From NCBI RefSeq assembly GCF_009914755.1, contig NC_060947.1: a stretch of 64,000 bases of DNA, one strand, 5' to 3'. The notes beneath the pieces were generated by a model. It worked only from the letters and a program-made list of their open reading frames with translations, ran no database searches and had not been told where the DNA came from. Positions 1-17,741 of this stretch are shown piece by piece. How positions within the stretch are numbered: position 1 is the first letter of the stretch; the number at the start of each line of letters is the position of its first letter. This stretch comes from the human T2T-CHM13v2.0 reference genome, Homo sapiens. Position numbers and translations under genes: made by a program.

Positions 1-1640
1 ATACCTGTTCATCATTTGCATGTTTTCTTTTGAGAAACATCTATTGAGGTCCTTTGCCCAGGTTTTTTGTATTCCTGTATTTTTGTATTCTTTAATCAGG
101 TTATTTGTATTCTTGCTGCTGAGTTATTTTAGTTTCTCATATATTTTGGCTATTAACCCCTTATAGGACATACGCTTTGCAAATGTTTTCTCTCATTACA
201 TACATTATCTTTTCACTCTGTTTATTGTTTCCTTTGCTGTACAGGAGCTTTTCGGTTTGATGTAATCCCATTTGCCTATCTTCACTTTTATTGCCTATGT
301 TTTTCAGGTCATATGCAAAAATAATTGCCTAGACCAATGTCATGGTTATTTCCCCTGTTTTCTTCTAGTAGTTTCATAGTATCAGTTCTTACATTTAACA
401 CTTTACTCCATTCTGAGTTGATTTTGTATATAGCGTGAGACAAGGATCTAATTTCATTCTTTTGTACATAAATAATTGTTCAAACACCAATTATTAAAGA
501 GACTCTCCTTTCCTGCTTTCCCCATTATGCTTTTCCCCATTTCCCCCATTGTATGTTCTTAGCACCTTTGTCAAAATCAATTGACCATAAATGGGTGGAT
601 TTATTTCAGGGCTCCGTATTCTGTTCTATTGGTCTATGTGTCTGTTTCTATGCCAGTATCACGCTGTTTTGATTACTATCGCTATATAGTAGATTTTGAA
701 GTGAGGTAGTGTGATGCCTCCAGGTTTGTTCTTTTTCAAGATTGTTTTGGCAGTTTGGGGTCTTGTGGTTTCATACAAATTTTAGGATTGCTTTTTCTAT
801 TTTAGTGAAAAATGTCTGAAATTTTGATAGACATTTCACTGAATCAATAGATTGCTTTGGGTAGTATAGATATTTTAACAATATTAATTTTCCAACCTGT
901 GAACATGGAATATCTTTCCATTTATTTGTGTCTTTTTCCATTTCTTTTATTAAAATTTTATAGTTTTTGGTATACAGGTTTTTCACGTCCTTAGTTAGAT
1001 TTATTCCTAAGTATTTTTTGTAGCTATTGTAAATGGAATTATTTTCTTGATTTCTTTATTGGATAGTTTGCTGTTAGTATATAGAAATACTACCGAATTT
1101 TTGTATGTTGATTTTGCATCCTACAACTTTGCTGAACTTATTTGTTCTAACAGGATTTTTTGGCAGAATCTTTAGGGTTTTCTACACATAAGATCATGTC
1201 ATCTACAAACAGGGACAATTTCATTTAACTTCTTCCTTTCTAATTTGGATGTCTTTCTTTCTCTTGCCTAATTGCTCTAACTAGGGTGTCCAGTGCTATG
1301 CTGAATAGAAGTGATAAAAGTAGTCATTCTTGTCTTGTTTCTAATCTTAGTGGAAGAGCTTTTAACTTGCCACTATTGAGTATGATGTTACCTGTGGGTT
1401 TGTCATTCATGGCTTTTATTATGTTGAAGTACATTTCTTCTATATCTAATTTTCCAGAGTTTTTTTAATCATGAAAGGATGTTTTCAAGCAATTTTGTTA
1501 AATGCTTTTCTGAATCTATTGAGATATCATATGGTTTTTGCGCTTCATTCTGTTAATGTAGTGTACCACATTTATAGGTTTGTGTATGTTGAACTATCCT
1601 TGCATCCCTGGAATAAATCCCACTGATCATGGTAATGATC
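1..1640 (-). mobile_element. Old L1 (L1PB/L1MA-like) ORF2 fragment, degenerate
   Basis: Minus-strand ORF 771-986 (NLYTKNYKILIKEMEKDTNKWKDIPCS) matches L1 ORF2p downstream of RT; the + strand is T-rich. Confidence 0.9.
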
Positions 1641-2906
1641 GATTTCTCATCGAGCCTTAGCTACCTTCCCGCGGGGCAGGGCTCGGGACCTGCAGCCCGC
1701 CATGCCTGAGCCTCCCACCCACTCCATGGGCTCCTGTGCGGCCCGAGCCTCCCCAACGAGCACCGCCCCCTGCTGCAGGGCGCCCAGTCCCATTGACCAC
1801 CCAAGGGCTGAGGAGTGCGAGCACACGGCGTGGGACTGGCAGGCCGCTCCACCTGCAGCCCTGGTGCGGGATCCACTAGGTGAAGCCAGCTGGGCTCCTG
1901 AGTCTGGTGGGGATGTGGAGAGTCTTTATATCTAGCTCAGGGATTGTAAATACACCAATCAGCACCCTGTGTTTAGCTCAAGGTTTGTGAGTGCACCAAT
2001 CAACACTCTGTATGTAGCTGCTCTGGTGGGGCCTTGGAGAACCTTTATGTCTAGCTCAGGGATTGTAAATACACCAATGGGCACTCTGTATCTAGCTCAA
2101 GGTTTGTAAACACACCAATCAGCACCCTGTGTTTAGCTCAAGGTTTGTGAATGCACCAATCGACACTCTGTATCTAGCTGCTCTGGTGGGGCCTTGGAGA
2201 ACCTGTGTGTCGAAACTCTGTATCTAACTAATCTGATGGGGACGTGGAGAACCTTTGTATCTAGCTCAGGGATTGTAAACGCACCAATCAGCGCCCTGAC
2301 AAAACAGGCCACTGGGCTCTACCAATCAGCAGGATGTGGGTGGGGCCAGATAAGAGAATAAAAGCAGGCTGCCCTAGCCAGCATTGGCAACCCGCTCCGG
2401 TCCTCTTCCACACTGTGGAAGCTTTGTTCTTTTGCTCTTTGCAATAAATCTTGCTACTGCTCACTTTTTGGGTCCACGTTGCTTTTATGAGCTATAACAG
2501 TCACCTCGAAGATCTGCAGCAGCTTCACTCCTGAGCCCAGCGAGATCACGAGCCCACCGGGAGTAAGGAACGACTCCAGATGCTCTGCCTTAAGAGCTGT
2601 AACACTCACTGTGAAGGTCTGCAGCTTCACTCCTGAGCCCAGCGATATCACGAGCCCACCGGGAGGAATGAACAACTCCAGACGCTCTGCCTTAAGAGCT
2701 GTAACACTCACTGCAAAGGTCTGCAGCTTCACTCCTGAGCCAGTGAGACCACGAACCCACCAAAAGGAAGAAACTCCGAACACATCTGAACATCAGAAGG
2801 GACAGACTCCAGACGCGCCACCTTAAGAGCTGTAACACTCACGGCCAGGGTCCGCGGCTTCATTCTTGAAGTCAGTGAGACCAAGAACCCACCAATTCCG
2901 GACACA
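1639..2906 (+). mobile_element. LTR12C-type (ERV9) LTR, 5'-truncated
   Basis: Tandem CACCAATC/TCTAGCTCA enhancer repeats, GATAAGAGAATAAAAGCAGG core, ends CCAATTCCGGACACA; lacks the first ~390 bp present in the copy at 33434. Confidence 0.95.
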
Positions 2907-3575
2907 GTAGTGAAAGTCCAGGTTACACCCTTGGCCTCCTTTCATACCTGAAGGGGGCTGTTGAGTGGGGGTAGGAGTTCCAGCTCCCCACTCAGGGTCC
3001 ACTGATACCTGGCCGAGAGGTACAGGAAGGCTTCTTAATGGTCTCCATGTGGGTTCTACTGACATAAGTGGAGGAGGCTCTTTTACTCCCAGGAAGTGGC
3101 TAAAGTCCTGACTCTCTTCCAAGCCTCCTCTGACAGCACCAGGCAGGAGGGTTAGGAGGCCTTCTTATATAACCTTGTGTGGGTGGAAGTCTAGGCTTCC
3201 CACTAGGCCTTTGCTGGCATGGATAAGGGTGTTGCTGCAATGGTCTATTGGGCTAGAGAAAACATTTTCCTTGGGGCCTTTTTTTATCTCTACTCATTGG
3301 CAGTTCTGAATTGCCAGCCTCTGCAGTTCTGGGTCGCTGCCTTCTTTAGCCCAAGTCTAGGATATATGAGGCAAAAAAAATAAAAATAACCACCCAAGAA
3401 ACTCACCACCATATCATTTCTTGGGTCCCAAGATCCTTAGGCGGTCTGCCTTCTCTTCACCTTTCAGAGCCTTCTTATGTTTGTTTTATATACAATGACG
3501 AGTTTTTAGTTATACTTAGTGAAAAAATAGCAAAAGTTATGTGTACTCCACTTTCCCAAAAGCAGAAGTCCGAGA
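2907..3575 (-). mobile_element. Ancient L1M 5' region fragment
   Basis: Ends in CCCAAAAGCAGAAGTC, typical of L1M 5' termini read antisense; recognised by motif only. Confidence 0.5.
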
Positions 3576-4129
3576 CTTTAAAAAATAATTAATTCAAAGG
3601 ATAGAGATCAAAGGTAAAAATATTTTCACACTCTTAGTCTCATTCAAATCAAGAAAATGGGTAGCCTCAAGGTGTGGGGCTCTGTCTCTAAGGAAATATT
3701 ACCCTTGGCTTTACTATCCTTTAAGCAATAGGGAAACTATGCACTTTTAAAAGAGCCCCTTGTGTTTTGAGCTGCTTGTGTTCATTCTTATTCATCAAGT
3801 ATTTTTTTTTTTCAAAGTGAGCTCCGCAGAGTACCTTCCTCAGCATTATCTTGAAATAATTTAAGACATAGAATACCATGTCCTGATCTAGACCTGCTGA
3901 ATTAGAGCCCAGGATTGGAGATTAGGAACCTATATTTTAACAATCATCTCCTGCCCCCAAGGTATGAGAACCTCTGATTTAAGCCATTGATAAAATTTCT
4001 GAAGGAGATCAGGCCAATAATAAAGACTTGTAACAGGCCTGGAGACTGTCCTTGAGAAGCTATTAATCATTTATCAGGACCCTTGGGGCAGACTTGGTCA
4101 ACCAGCTACTAAACCCCCTTATTATTCTC

Positions 4130-4960
<831 letters not shown>

Positions 4961-4980
4961 TCAATATTTGGTCTAAACTC

Positions 4981-5140
4981 TTGTTATTCAAAGTATGGTT
5001 CGAGGACCAACAGTAGCATTACCTGGGAGCCTGTTAGAAGTGCAAATTATTGGGCCCCACCCAGACCTACCAAACCACAATCTCATTTTAACAAAATTCC
5101 TAAGTGATGTATAAGTGTGTTAAAGTTTGAAAAGCATTGG
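4981..5140. mobile_element. MER5A-like hAT-Charlie MITE
   Basis: CATTACCTGGGAGCCTGTTAGAAGTGCAAATTATTGGGCCCCACCCAGACC core. Confidence 0.75.
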
Positions 5141-5475
5141 GCTAGACTGTTCAGTATGTAAATTTCTCCTTGACAAAAAATATAGGTGCAAAGTGAGAAC
5201 AGAGGAGTTCTGCTCTATCTTTATCATCCATCAGTATGTCAATATCAATTGGACCCCTTTCTCAATTGTCTTCTGGCTCTTAACACAACTTTGTAATAAT
5301 TATTTATGTAACTTTGTAAAAATTCTTTATGTTGCTCTTATCATTTCTTGAAAGCCTCAGGTCTACATCTGGTGTTTAGCCTTCTGGACACTGTTTATGT
5401 AGGTCTACACCAGTCTCCTGCATTTATTATTGGTTTTGTGGGGGTCCTTTCCAAATTTAACCTGCTAAGAACTAA

Positions 5476-5873
<398 letters not shown>

Positions 5874-6379
5874 TAGAAATCTAACTGCTTCGTGTCCGTC
5901 ATGAAATGCCAATGTACATGCTAACAGTGCTTTCTATCACTTCTCCCAAAGCTTTCAATCTTTGAGATCCCCAAATGGTTTTGGATTAGAAGGGTGTCCT
6001 CCCCAGCTCTGTGCCATACTCTGTCACTGAGGCTTTGAAACAACTCAGCTTTTGCTCAGTCTCTTAAAATCTCCCTTAGGCAGGGCCAGCAATTTATTAT
6101 GTTCATTCATTTAATCATGGAAGTTAAAGGTCCGGAAAGGGAATTGATGCCATATTATCCCCTTGGAGCTCTTCTTATCCTCTTCTAGCCCTTCTCATCA
6201 CCAAAAGCTCTTGTCTTATCTCATGGTTACAAAGCAAATGACCCCACATATATAAGTGAATGCAAATAGACACTGATGTGTGTTTAGGAAACAGGAGGAA
6301 AGAAGAGACTGTATACTTTAGTAGTGACTGGATTCCAGTTCAGTCCATCAAATGTGCACAGTTATCACTGCATTTGATT

Positions 6380-8180
<1,801 letters not shown>

Positions 8181-8181
8181 T

Positions 8182-8810
8182 AATTGATTCTCATTATTTG
8201 GGGATCTATAAAGTCATCACACACACTGAGTTAAGAAATACTGAACCACTGATCCTAGGGGAAATACAGTAGGTTCATACAAGCCTCTGGTCACAACAGT
8301 TTCATCAACTGATCAATATGTAGCCGTGTGTTATATGTGTTTCTGTTTGAAGATATCTTCTATATTAGATACTGTTGATTCATTGACATTTAACTCATGG
8401 CCAATGGTATTTTAATTTATGCTTGAACAAAACTTAAATAACACATTTTTTTTTCCATTAGGCATATCACAGCCTTGTTGCACTTAGGAATGCTAAACAT
8501 CACTTCAGTACTACATTTTGGGACCGTTTAAGATAGTGAAATTACTAATAAAAATGTGGAAAATGTGACACTAAATAGACCATGGAAATGACACTTTTTT
8601 ACAGTATGAGAACTGAAGCAAGAAGGCAGAACATTGCATTGTTTGGCCTCAGCTGGGAACATGCACTTTAGGCAATTCAAATTTTTTGCTGCTCTCCATG
8701 TGTCCCTGAAAGCTGGTGAAAGTACCATGAGAATTGATTTGGGGTTACAAATAAATTGTAGCAAGTAGGTGAATTTGCAAATAAATAATTTGAATAATAA
8801 CAATTGACTA
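8182..8810. mobile_element. TcMar-Tigger non-autonomous DNA transposon (MER82-like)
   Basis: Degenerate TIRs AATTGATTCTCATTATT ... AATAATAACAATTGACT flanked by TA; internal AATACTGAACCACTGATCCTAGGGGAAATAC. Confidence 0.7.
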
Positions 8811-9013
8811 TATCTTATCTTTCTGGAATGTTTTGTCTTCCTTTAAAGAGTGTTGAGCTTTGGGGGGACATTGAATTTTTTTCTGGCAGGCTATTACTTA
8901 TCTAATGTCTAAAAATATTTGTTCTATATATTTTATTTATATTTATTTACAGCAAGAAGGTAAATCTGATGCTCATTTCTCCATCATGGTTAAATCATCC
9001 CTGCATTTGGAGG

Positions 9014-9565
9014 GTGTGATGGTTAATACTGAGCGTCAACTTGATTGGATTGAAGCATGCAAAATATTGTTCCTGAGTGTGTCTGTGAGGGTGTTGCCAA
9101 AGGAGATGAATATTTGAGTCAGTGAACAGGGAGAGGCAGACCCACTCTTAATCTGGGTGGGCGCCTTCTAATCAGCTGCCAGCATGGCTAGAATAAAGCA
9201 GGCAGGAGAAGGTAGAAGAGTAGACTTGCTGAGTCTTCCGGCCTTCATCTTTCTCCCGTGTTGGATGCTTCCTGCCCTCGAACATCAGACTCAGCTTTTG
9301 GGCTCTTGGACTTCAGCTTTTGGGCTCTTGGACTTATACCAGTGATTTGCCAGGGGCTCTTGGGCCTTTGGCCACAGACTGAAGGCTTCACTACTTTTAA
9401 GATTTTGAGACTCCGACTGGCTTCCTTGCTCTTCAGCTTGCAGACGGCCTATCGTGGGACTTCACCTCGTGATCGTGCGAGTCAATTCTCCTAATAAACT
9501 CCCCTTCATATATACATCTATCCTATTAGTCCTGTCCCTCTAGAGAACCCTGCCTGACTAATACA
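9014..9565 (+). mobile_element. MLT2A-type (HERV-L) solo LTR
   Basis: Starts TGTGATGGTTAATACTGAG..CAACTTGATTGGATTGAAG, ends CTAGAGAACCCTG..GACTAATACA. Confidence 0.9.
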
Positions 9566-10569
9566 GAAGGAAAGGCATAAATGAAGTAGTCACTCATCTC
9601 CCAATAGCTGTTGTGCGTATGTAGATGAAAAGGAGTACAGAGTTACCTATGCAAAATGTGGTCATTGTATAAAGAACGACTTTTCAACACTGTGCTAGGG
9701 GTTATGAGAAATAAAAGAGAAGGCAAAACCCAGCTCTTATTCCTAAGGACTTTAAGTTTCAGTTGGAAGGCAAGTTGTCATATGTGAAATGTCAATGTTT
9801 ATCTTACTTCAACCCCTACCCCACTGGTCCTAACCCTGTTCCTCTGTGAGTCTTCCCCAGAAAATACTTACGGAGATGTCTTCAGGCTGAGGAGCCAAGG
9901 AAAATTTCTTTGGGTATTGTACACCATACCCTCAAATTGTTCTATTGTACTTAGGTCCTACGTTTACCATTTAGAGCTACCAACTCATTCTGCTTTGAGT
10001 GGAACGTTCCAGAAAAAGCCTTGTTTCAGGAACCCCATCAGTCCTGGGAAACCAGAATGGTTGGCTATCTGAGCCCATATTGCTCACAGCATTGCCAGTG
10101 CCAGCCTGGGTGACCAAGTGAGACCCTGTCTCAAAAACAAAAACAAAAACAAAAAAAGTTCCTGAGAGTTTCATACATTTTTTGGTGATATCAGCATGCA
10201 AATAAGATCCACATATCACAATTGGTTGATACGTCTTTTAAGTCTCTTTTCATCTATAGGTTCCTCCACTATTTCTTTTTTTTTCCCATTAGAATTGATT
10301 AGTAAAGATACTAGTTAATTTTTCCTATAGAGTTTCCCACTGTCTATGGATTTTGCTGATTGCATCCTAGTAATATATTTCAAGTAAACTGGTAGTTAGA
10401 TCTAGGGGCTTGTTCAGATTCAGGTTTGATTTTTTAGCAAGACAGCTTCATAAGTGGTGCTGTGTACTTTCATCAGAGGTACATAATATCTGGTTGTCTC
10501 TCTTCTTATGATGCTGGCAGCCATTGATGACCATTGCCTAGTCCACTATTTCATTAGGAATTGTCAAAT

Positions 10570-11308
10570 TGTTACCAGGGGGTCCTTGCTCCCAGAGCTC
10601 CCAAGATGGTGGCAAGCCTCGCGTTCTCTGACCTGGGGTTCTTGACCTCATGGATTCCAAGGAATGGAATCTTGGGCCATGCAGTGAGTGTTATAGCTCT
10701 ATTAGAAGCCGTGGGTCATGGAAGAGAACCATGGAACCCAGTGACTAGTGTTCAGCTCCATCAGGATGAAACCCGGGCACTTAGCCGTGCAGGAACAATG
10801 GCAAGCCTTTAGCCTGATCGGGAGCGGCAATGGGCACCTTGCTGGATCAGGAGCACAGTGGACACCCTGCTGGATCCGGAGGGATGGAAGTCAGTGGCGG
10901 GTCTGCAACGGCGGCAAACACCAGTGGTGGATGGCGAGCGAAAGCTCAGCTGTAGCCATAAGAAACATGGACCAAAAGAGAGTGCAGTTGCAAGATTTAA
11001 TAGAGTGAAGACAGAGCTCCCATACAAAGGCAGGGGGCCCAAAAAGGGTAGCCGTTGCAGGCTCAAATGCCTGGGTTTATATCCTGATCCTTGTCCCTCC
11101 CGCTGTGCTCTCAGGCAACAGATGATTGGCTATTTCTTTACCTCCTGTTTTTGCCTAATTAGCATTTTAGCGAGCTCTCTTTACTATCTGATTGGTCGGG
11201 TGTGAGCCAAGTTGCAAGCCCCGTGTTTAAAGGTGGATGCAGTCACATTCCCAGCTAGGCTTAGGGATTCTTAGTCGGCCTAGGAAATCCAGCTAGTCCT
11301 GTCTCTCA
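10570..11308 (-). mobile_element. LTR17 (HERV-W) solo LTR inserted in an old L1 3' end
   Basis: Minus strand begins TGAGAGACAGGACTAGCTGGATTTCCTAGGCCGACTAAGAATCCCTAAGCC; 4-bp TSD AAAT at 10566 and 11309. Confidence 0.95.
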
Positions 11309-13419
11309 AAATGGCAATATTCTATCATTCTTTCTTCACCCATTAACTGGAATACTCCTATGAAAAGAAACTCCCCATCAACAAATTTTTTACTACCCCG
11401 TGGTACAATTGTATAGAAAAGACTTCAGTGACAACTTTGCTGATAGATCTCCATATGCACCTGTGAAAGGAAAATAAATCTTGGGACCCCAAAATCACTA
11501 AGCTAAAGGAAAAAGTCAAGCTGGGAACTGCTTAGGGCAAATCTGCCTGCCATTCTATTCAAAGTCACCCCTCTGCTCACTGAGAGAGATGCATATCTGA
11601 TTGTCTCCTTTGGAGAGGCTAATGAGAAACTCACAAGAATGCAACCGTTTGTCTCTTATTTACCTATGACCTGGAAGCTCCCTCCCCACTTCAAGTTGTC
11701 CCGCCTTTCTGGACCAAACCACAAACTAATGTTCATCTTACATATGTTGATTGATGTCTCATGTCTCCCTAAATGTATAAAATCAAACTGTGCTCTGACT
11801 ACCTTGTGCACATGTCATCAGGTCCTCCTGAGGCTGTGTCACGGGCACATGACCCCAACCTTGCCAAAGTAAACTTTCTAAATTATCTGAGACCTATCTC
11901 AGATATTCAGTGTTCAAATTTCGGTAACCACAAAGGGATTCTGAGTGGAGGTACCCCTGAACTTTGACAAATCTCATATTGGTGCTTGGTACCAGCATGA
12001 GCAACTTTGTGGCTCAAACCAATAGGACAATTTGCTGAGGTCTGGGAGCACCCCCTCCAGAGAATCCCTGATATCCCTAAATTTGGTAGAGATCTAAAGT
12101 TTATTTTGCTGTACAACTCCCTTTTTTTTGGAGTTTTACTTGCTTCTAACACGGAAGGCAAGATTCCCTGCTTCCATGACGATGGAAAGCAAGTACCTCC
12201 TTTATGGAGTTTGAGCTCACTCCCAACAAGAAAGACGAGTTTGAGTTTTTTTCCTGCTTCAAGGATAGTAGAAAGCAGTCTTCAACCTGAGACCCATTCC
12301 TAGGTAAGTTAACAACCAGCTGGTTTTAATTTCTCCTTACCATTAGAGTGCTCAGTGATCATATTGTCGGGGTTTTTTGTTGTTGTTTGTCCTGGTCTTT
12401 CTCCCATCAGATTTGACCAACTCCACCTGACTTGGTCAAATCCGAGTGAGAATTCCAAATTATGGATAACAAAGCCTCTCTAGTTTGGCAAAAATTCCTC
12501 GCAGCTGCAAAAGAGGAAAAAACAAAAAAAGCCATGCGCTTGGATTTTGTGTTTGCTTCCTGTCTTAAAAAACAAATGTTCTTTCGTTTACTTTTCTTCC
12601 ACTCTATACCTCCTTCCCCCTATGCCATCTGCAGTACCAAAAAATCTAGAGAAGGCTTCCAATGACTTGAGCCCCTTTCAAGAAATCAGAACAAAGATAC
12701 CACTCACCCCTTTTGGAGTGTTCTGTTTTCCTTGTGGAGTTCCAAGAGTCATGGACAGATTTTTCTTAGGTCTAAAGCTCTGTTTTCCTGTATTGCATGA
12801 CCTGACCTTTTTGGCTTTGGGAGTACCAGAAATAACCTTGTACTATGAGAGAACTTGACCTCGGCATGTGTAATGGCAGACGAGAGCTACAAAATTAGGG
12901 GTGGCTGAGCACAGTTTACAGGAAGTGGTCTTCACTGTTGTTGTTGTTGTTTCCCTCCTAGGAAACTGTTATTTAAGGATCTTAATTCTAGTTCAGAGAT
13001 GTATTCTAAAGGGCCTTCTCTATTGCTTTTTCTCCCAAAATTAATCTCGATTCAGCTTGTCTGTGCGCATTTGCGTGAGGAACTGAACTGTTGTTTTCAT
13101 AGATAAATGAGGGACTGAGTTTTCTCAGCTCTGAAGAGAAAGGGCATTTTGATCCTCCCAGCCAAAAGGCACTCCAGGGTGTATTTCCTGGATAAGCCTT
13201 TTTTTTAAATTAATTTTTGTTGGGGATTTCCCTGTAGGGCCACTGAACGTTTCGAGGGGTCAATCCCCCAGACATTCCCACATGGCCCCCAGTCAAATCA
13301 GCTGTTATTTTTCTATTAAGATAAAAACCACTGTTTGGATCCAACACGGTTTTTTTTTGCAAGCTGGTGAATTTGTATTTACCTCATGGCTAAGGTTCTG
13401 AAGTAAAAGCGATAGGATC

Positions 13420-13421
<2 letters not shown>

Positions 13422-13466
<45 letters not shown>
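13422..13466. repeat. (TG)n microsatellite
   Basis: Pure TG run. Confidence 0.98.
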
Positions 13467-13468
<2 letters not shown>

Positions 13469-14578
13469 TTTAAAGGCCTTTATAATTTTTATAATTTTAT
13501 GTTTAATTGGCAATTAAATCCGTTTTAATTTCCCTCTAGCACACCAAAGTATTTATCTCCATACCTTATGATGTATATCTTGCTATTTGATTTTCACCTG
13601 ACTTGTTTCCTTTAATATGCAAATTTAAGCCTATTTAGCTGACAACTGCCTAGGGTAGTGAAACAGGTTATGAAGAATTTGAAAGCCCAAGATAGGGAAA
13701 AATAAAAGGTTTTTATGACTCTATAAGATGTACATTCTATCAGCATGCCTAATACGTCTATGTATTTATGTACCCAATGTTTCACTACTGAAAATATATG
13801 CAAGAGCTCTAATTAATTGGCTTAAGAAAATAAAAGCACTTGAATCAAATACTTTATCAGGAAAAAACAAAAGACTAGTCAAATGCTTTTTCAAGTTTAC
13901 ATAACTTAAGTAAAATCTTCAATAAATAAGCTAGCTTTAAAATTATTGGTAAAGTAATATTAAAAATGTCTTAAGAATTGCCAGCATACATTTTTGTTTG
14001 CATTTATTAATCAAGCAATTTCATACTTATCCCTGCCAAATACTACAAGGTGTCAAAATTTGGCATAGGGGTTACAAAACCATAAACCTAGCCCAAAACA
14101 GAATGATCTTTGTCATGTAATCTTTAATAAATAAGACATTGATATTAGTTTAATGAAAATAGCAACATCTTGAATTTAGTAAGATTGCCATAACTTCTAA
14201 TCTTCTGGCTTTATGCAGTCCAGCCCACAGGCAGTAAGGTTTGTTTTCAGAAGGGACTGTTACCATCTTTGTCTCAAAGTCAAACTGTAAATTGAATTCC
14301 TCCCAAACTTAGTTTGGCCTGTGCTCAGGAATGAACAAGGACAGCTTGGAGGTTAGGAGCAAGATGGAGTCAGTTAGGTCAGATCTTTTCAACTGTCTCA
14401 GTTATAATTTTGCAATGGCGGTTCCATAACTTTAAATGATGACTGCCGCAGTTTTCATAAATAATCTAGGTAAACAATTGAAATAATTAGGTAGACGTAA
14501 TGGGATGAATACTTGTAGACAACAAACTCATCATAATTTAGACTCTAAAGTTATATTAAATTAAATAATAGATATTTA

Positions 14579-14766
<188 letters not shown>

Positions 14767-16781
14767 AGGATTTATTAAAAAAAAAACTTTCATATGATCA
14801 AGTTGTCTATTAATTAAAGGGAAATTATAATGGTCTTTCTAGAGATTGGGCTTGATGTAAGAAAAAACCACTTACACACTAAATAATTGGTTAGAATAAT
14901 GAAATTTTCTTAAGGGATTGATTTACTCTTAATAAATTATGAGAGATTTTAATTTTTTAACCCAAAGTTCAATTTGTATTGCATCTTGCCATTTTTGGTT
15001 TTCTCTCCCCTTTTAAAGGGCAAGAAATAGTAATGCTCTCCAACTCATTTTTCAACTCATATAAGTTTTTCTCCTTGAGTTTTGTTTGTTGTGGCCTGAT
15101 GCTAACAATGTTTTCTTAAAAGTCTAAAGGAAATTCTTTCTTCCAACATAATATTCTGTGCAGTGCCGAAGGTCTTTTCTTTTGCCTTTTGGTAACTGGC
15201 CTAACAGATTTTATGGTTTATTGAAACAATTCCTATGCTATTATTATTAAGTTTTGGTTTACTTAGGGAAAAAAATGAAATAAAAAAAATTTTTTCATTA
15301 AGGTTATTATATTCATGTATCTTTCTGTATGGGCTTGTAAAGTCATTGTGACATAGAGTTACAGGGCTTTGGCTCCTGGATCTAAAAAGGACACCAAGTC
15401 CTCCGAAATCTTAAACGCTGACAGCAATTAAAGCCTCATCTTCAGGCCCAGTAGAGATGCCAATCAAAATAAACTGCATTCCTGAGACACAGGCCAGAAA
15501 TTAAAGCTATCTAACTCCTCAAGGCCAGGGACTATTGCAGAAGAGGTGGGCATGAGATTGTAAGGGCCAATGTTGAGAGATAAAATAAGTTCAGTTTCTC
15601 TATGAATTAATCATTAATGTCGAAGGCACACTGATGGAAGACCAGCATATGGGCCCCTGTGTCAGATTAATAAGTTTTTCTTGAAGCATTAACCAACTCC
15701 TTAATAAAGGTTATAAAGATTATAAAAGGCTTATTGAAGTTATATCTTATGCTCAAGATTAAAATTTTATAGATTGTTTATAAAATTTTGAAAAACAAAT
15801 TTAATTGGCGTCATGCTGTTTTTATTAGGGCTTATTGTTTGGAAAATAAAGTCTCCTCTCTCAAAGAATGAAGGATTTTGTCTTTTTTTGAAATCCTTGA
15901 GTTACCAGTTTGGTGAAATGAATGGCTTATTTTACAATGATCTGTGATATCAAGTGTTTTAAACCTTTGATATTTGACACCTTCCAAAATCAAATTATAA
16001 ATTATGTCTTTTTCTGATCTAATTAATCCTTTAAGATATTAGGTTCCCCAAAGTCCAAAAATGACATAATTTGGCCTATTTCATATAAACATCATACAGG
16101 AAACATTGTCAAGTGTGAAATGGTGTTTGGTTTTCTTTGAGCTGTATCTATATAAATATGTTATTGGTATGTGTTCCAAAATTATGGGAAAGTCCTATAA
16201 TTCTGATATGACTTACTGTACATAATCAGTAATAATTATAATTGTTTTCTTAAATTATTGTGTGCCACAGAGGCAACAAATTTCCTTGTCCATTGTGTCT
16301 TTGACTATGGCTGCCCTAAAACTTTTTTCATCCATGGACAATTTTTGTCTTGTTTTCGTCCTCTTTAGAAGGTAGTTTTATAATCAGCTATAAAATTCTA
16401 ACAGGTGCTCTTGAATACAAGTTTCTGAAAATTTTTGAGATTGTGACATCAGAATAAAAGAAAAATTTTCAGGACTCATGGAGAACTGAAATGTTCATGA
16501 ATATCAAGCAGAACAGGAATTAACTACATGGACTGACATGCATAAGTACAATAAGAATCTGTTTTCATTTATAACAGGACACAATTTGAGAAACTGGTTA
16601 TTTTACCAAAGCTTTGACTGGAATGGTGTGCTTTCCTTTAAGGAATCAAACTTGACTTATGGAGCCAATAAAAGTCCCATGGGAAAACTGGCCTTATACC
16701 TTGTCTACACAGTCCCTGTACAGGGTTCCTGACATGTGGTAAGTAAAGAATGCCACTTTCTGACAGGTGCAGGAGCCCTAA

Positions 16782-17137
<356 letters not shown>

Positions 17138-17434
17138 CCAACTCATAGATATTTGATGGTACAAATCTATGGCTGGGCTTGGCTTTAAAAAAGTCTTATC
17201 TGAGATTCTTTCTATGGAACAAAGTTCCATCAATGCCAATTTAAAAGCCTATGTAAAAAATAATAATTCTTGCTGCACTGTATACAAATAATCAGGCCAA
17301 GTATAATAAAGCAAATCAGTCCTTCCATGATTTGTCTTTAGTAAAGATGGAAAACTGGAGAGAGAAAAATTATGTTTCAAAAACTATAATACACCTGTTG
17401 TTAGATTCCAGTCTTGCCTAATGTTTTTCAGTTG

Positions 17435-17741
17435 TTTTTTTTTTTTTTTTTTTTTTTTTTTAGATGGAGTCTTGCTCTGTTGCCCAGGCTGGAGTGCAGT
17501 GGTGCGATCTCGGCTCACTGCAAGCTCTGCCTCCTGGATTCACGCCATTCTCCTGCCTTAGCCTCCTGAGTACCTGGGACTACAGGCACCCACCACCACG
17601 CCCAGCTAATTTTTTGTATTTTTAGTAGAGACGGGGTTTCACCGTGTTAGACAGGATGGTCTCGATCTCCTGACCTCATGATCTGCCCGCCTCGGCTTCC
17701 CAAAATGCTGGGATTACAGGCATGAGCCACCGCGCCCGGCC
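17435..17741 (-). mobile_element. AluY
   Basis: GCAAGCTC and CACGCCATTCTCC diagnostics; long poly-T. Confidence 0.95.

Noticed and set aside
1940-2300. Regularly spaced TCTAGCTCA/CACCAATC repeats resembling a CRISPR array (also 34100-34600 and 35830-36200)
   Set aside because: These are LTR12 U3 enhancer repeats; the spacers are themselves repeated and the DNA is eukaryotic.
9289-9334. ~23-bp tandem duplication in the MLT2 LTR
   Set aside because: Ordinary slippage duplication with no further signal.
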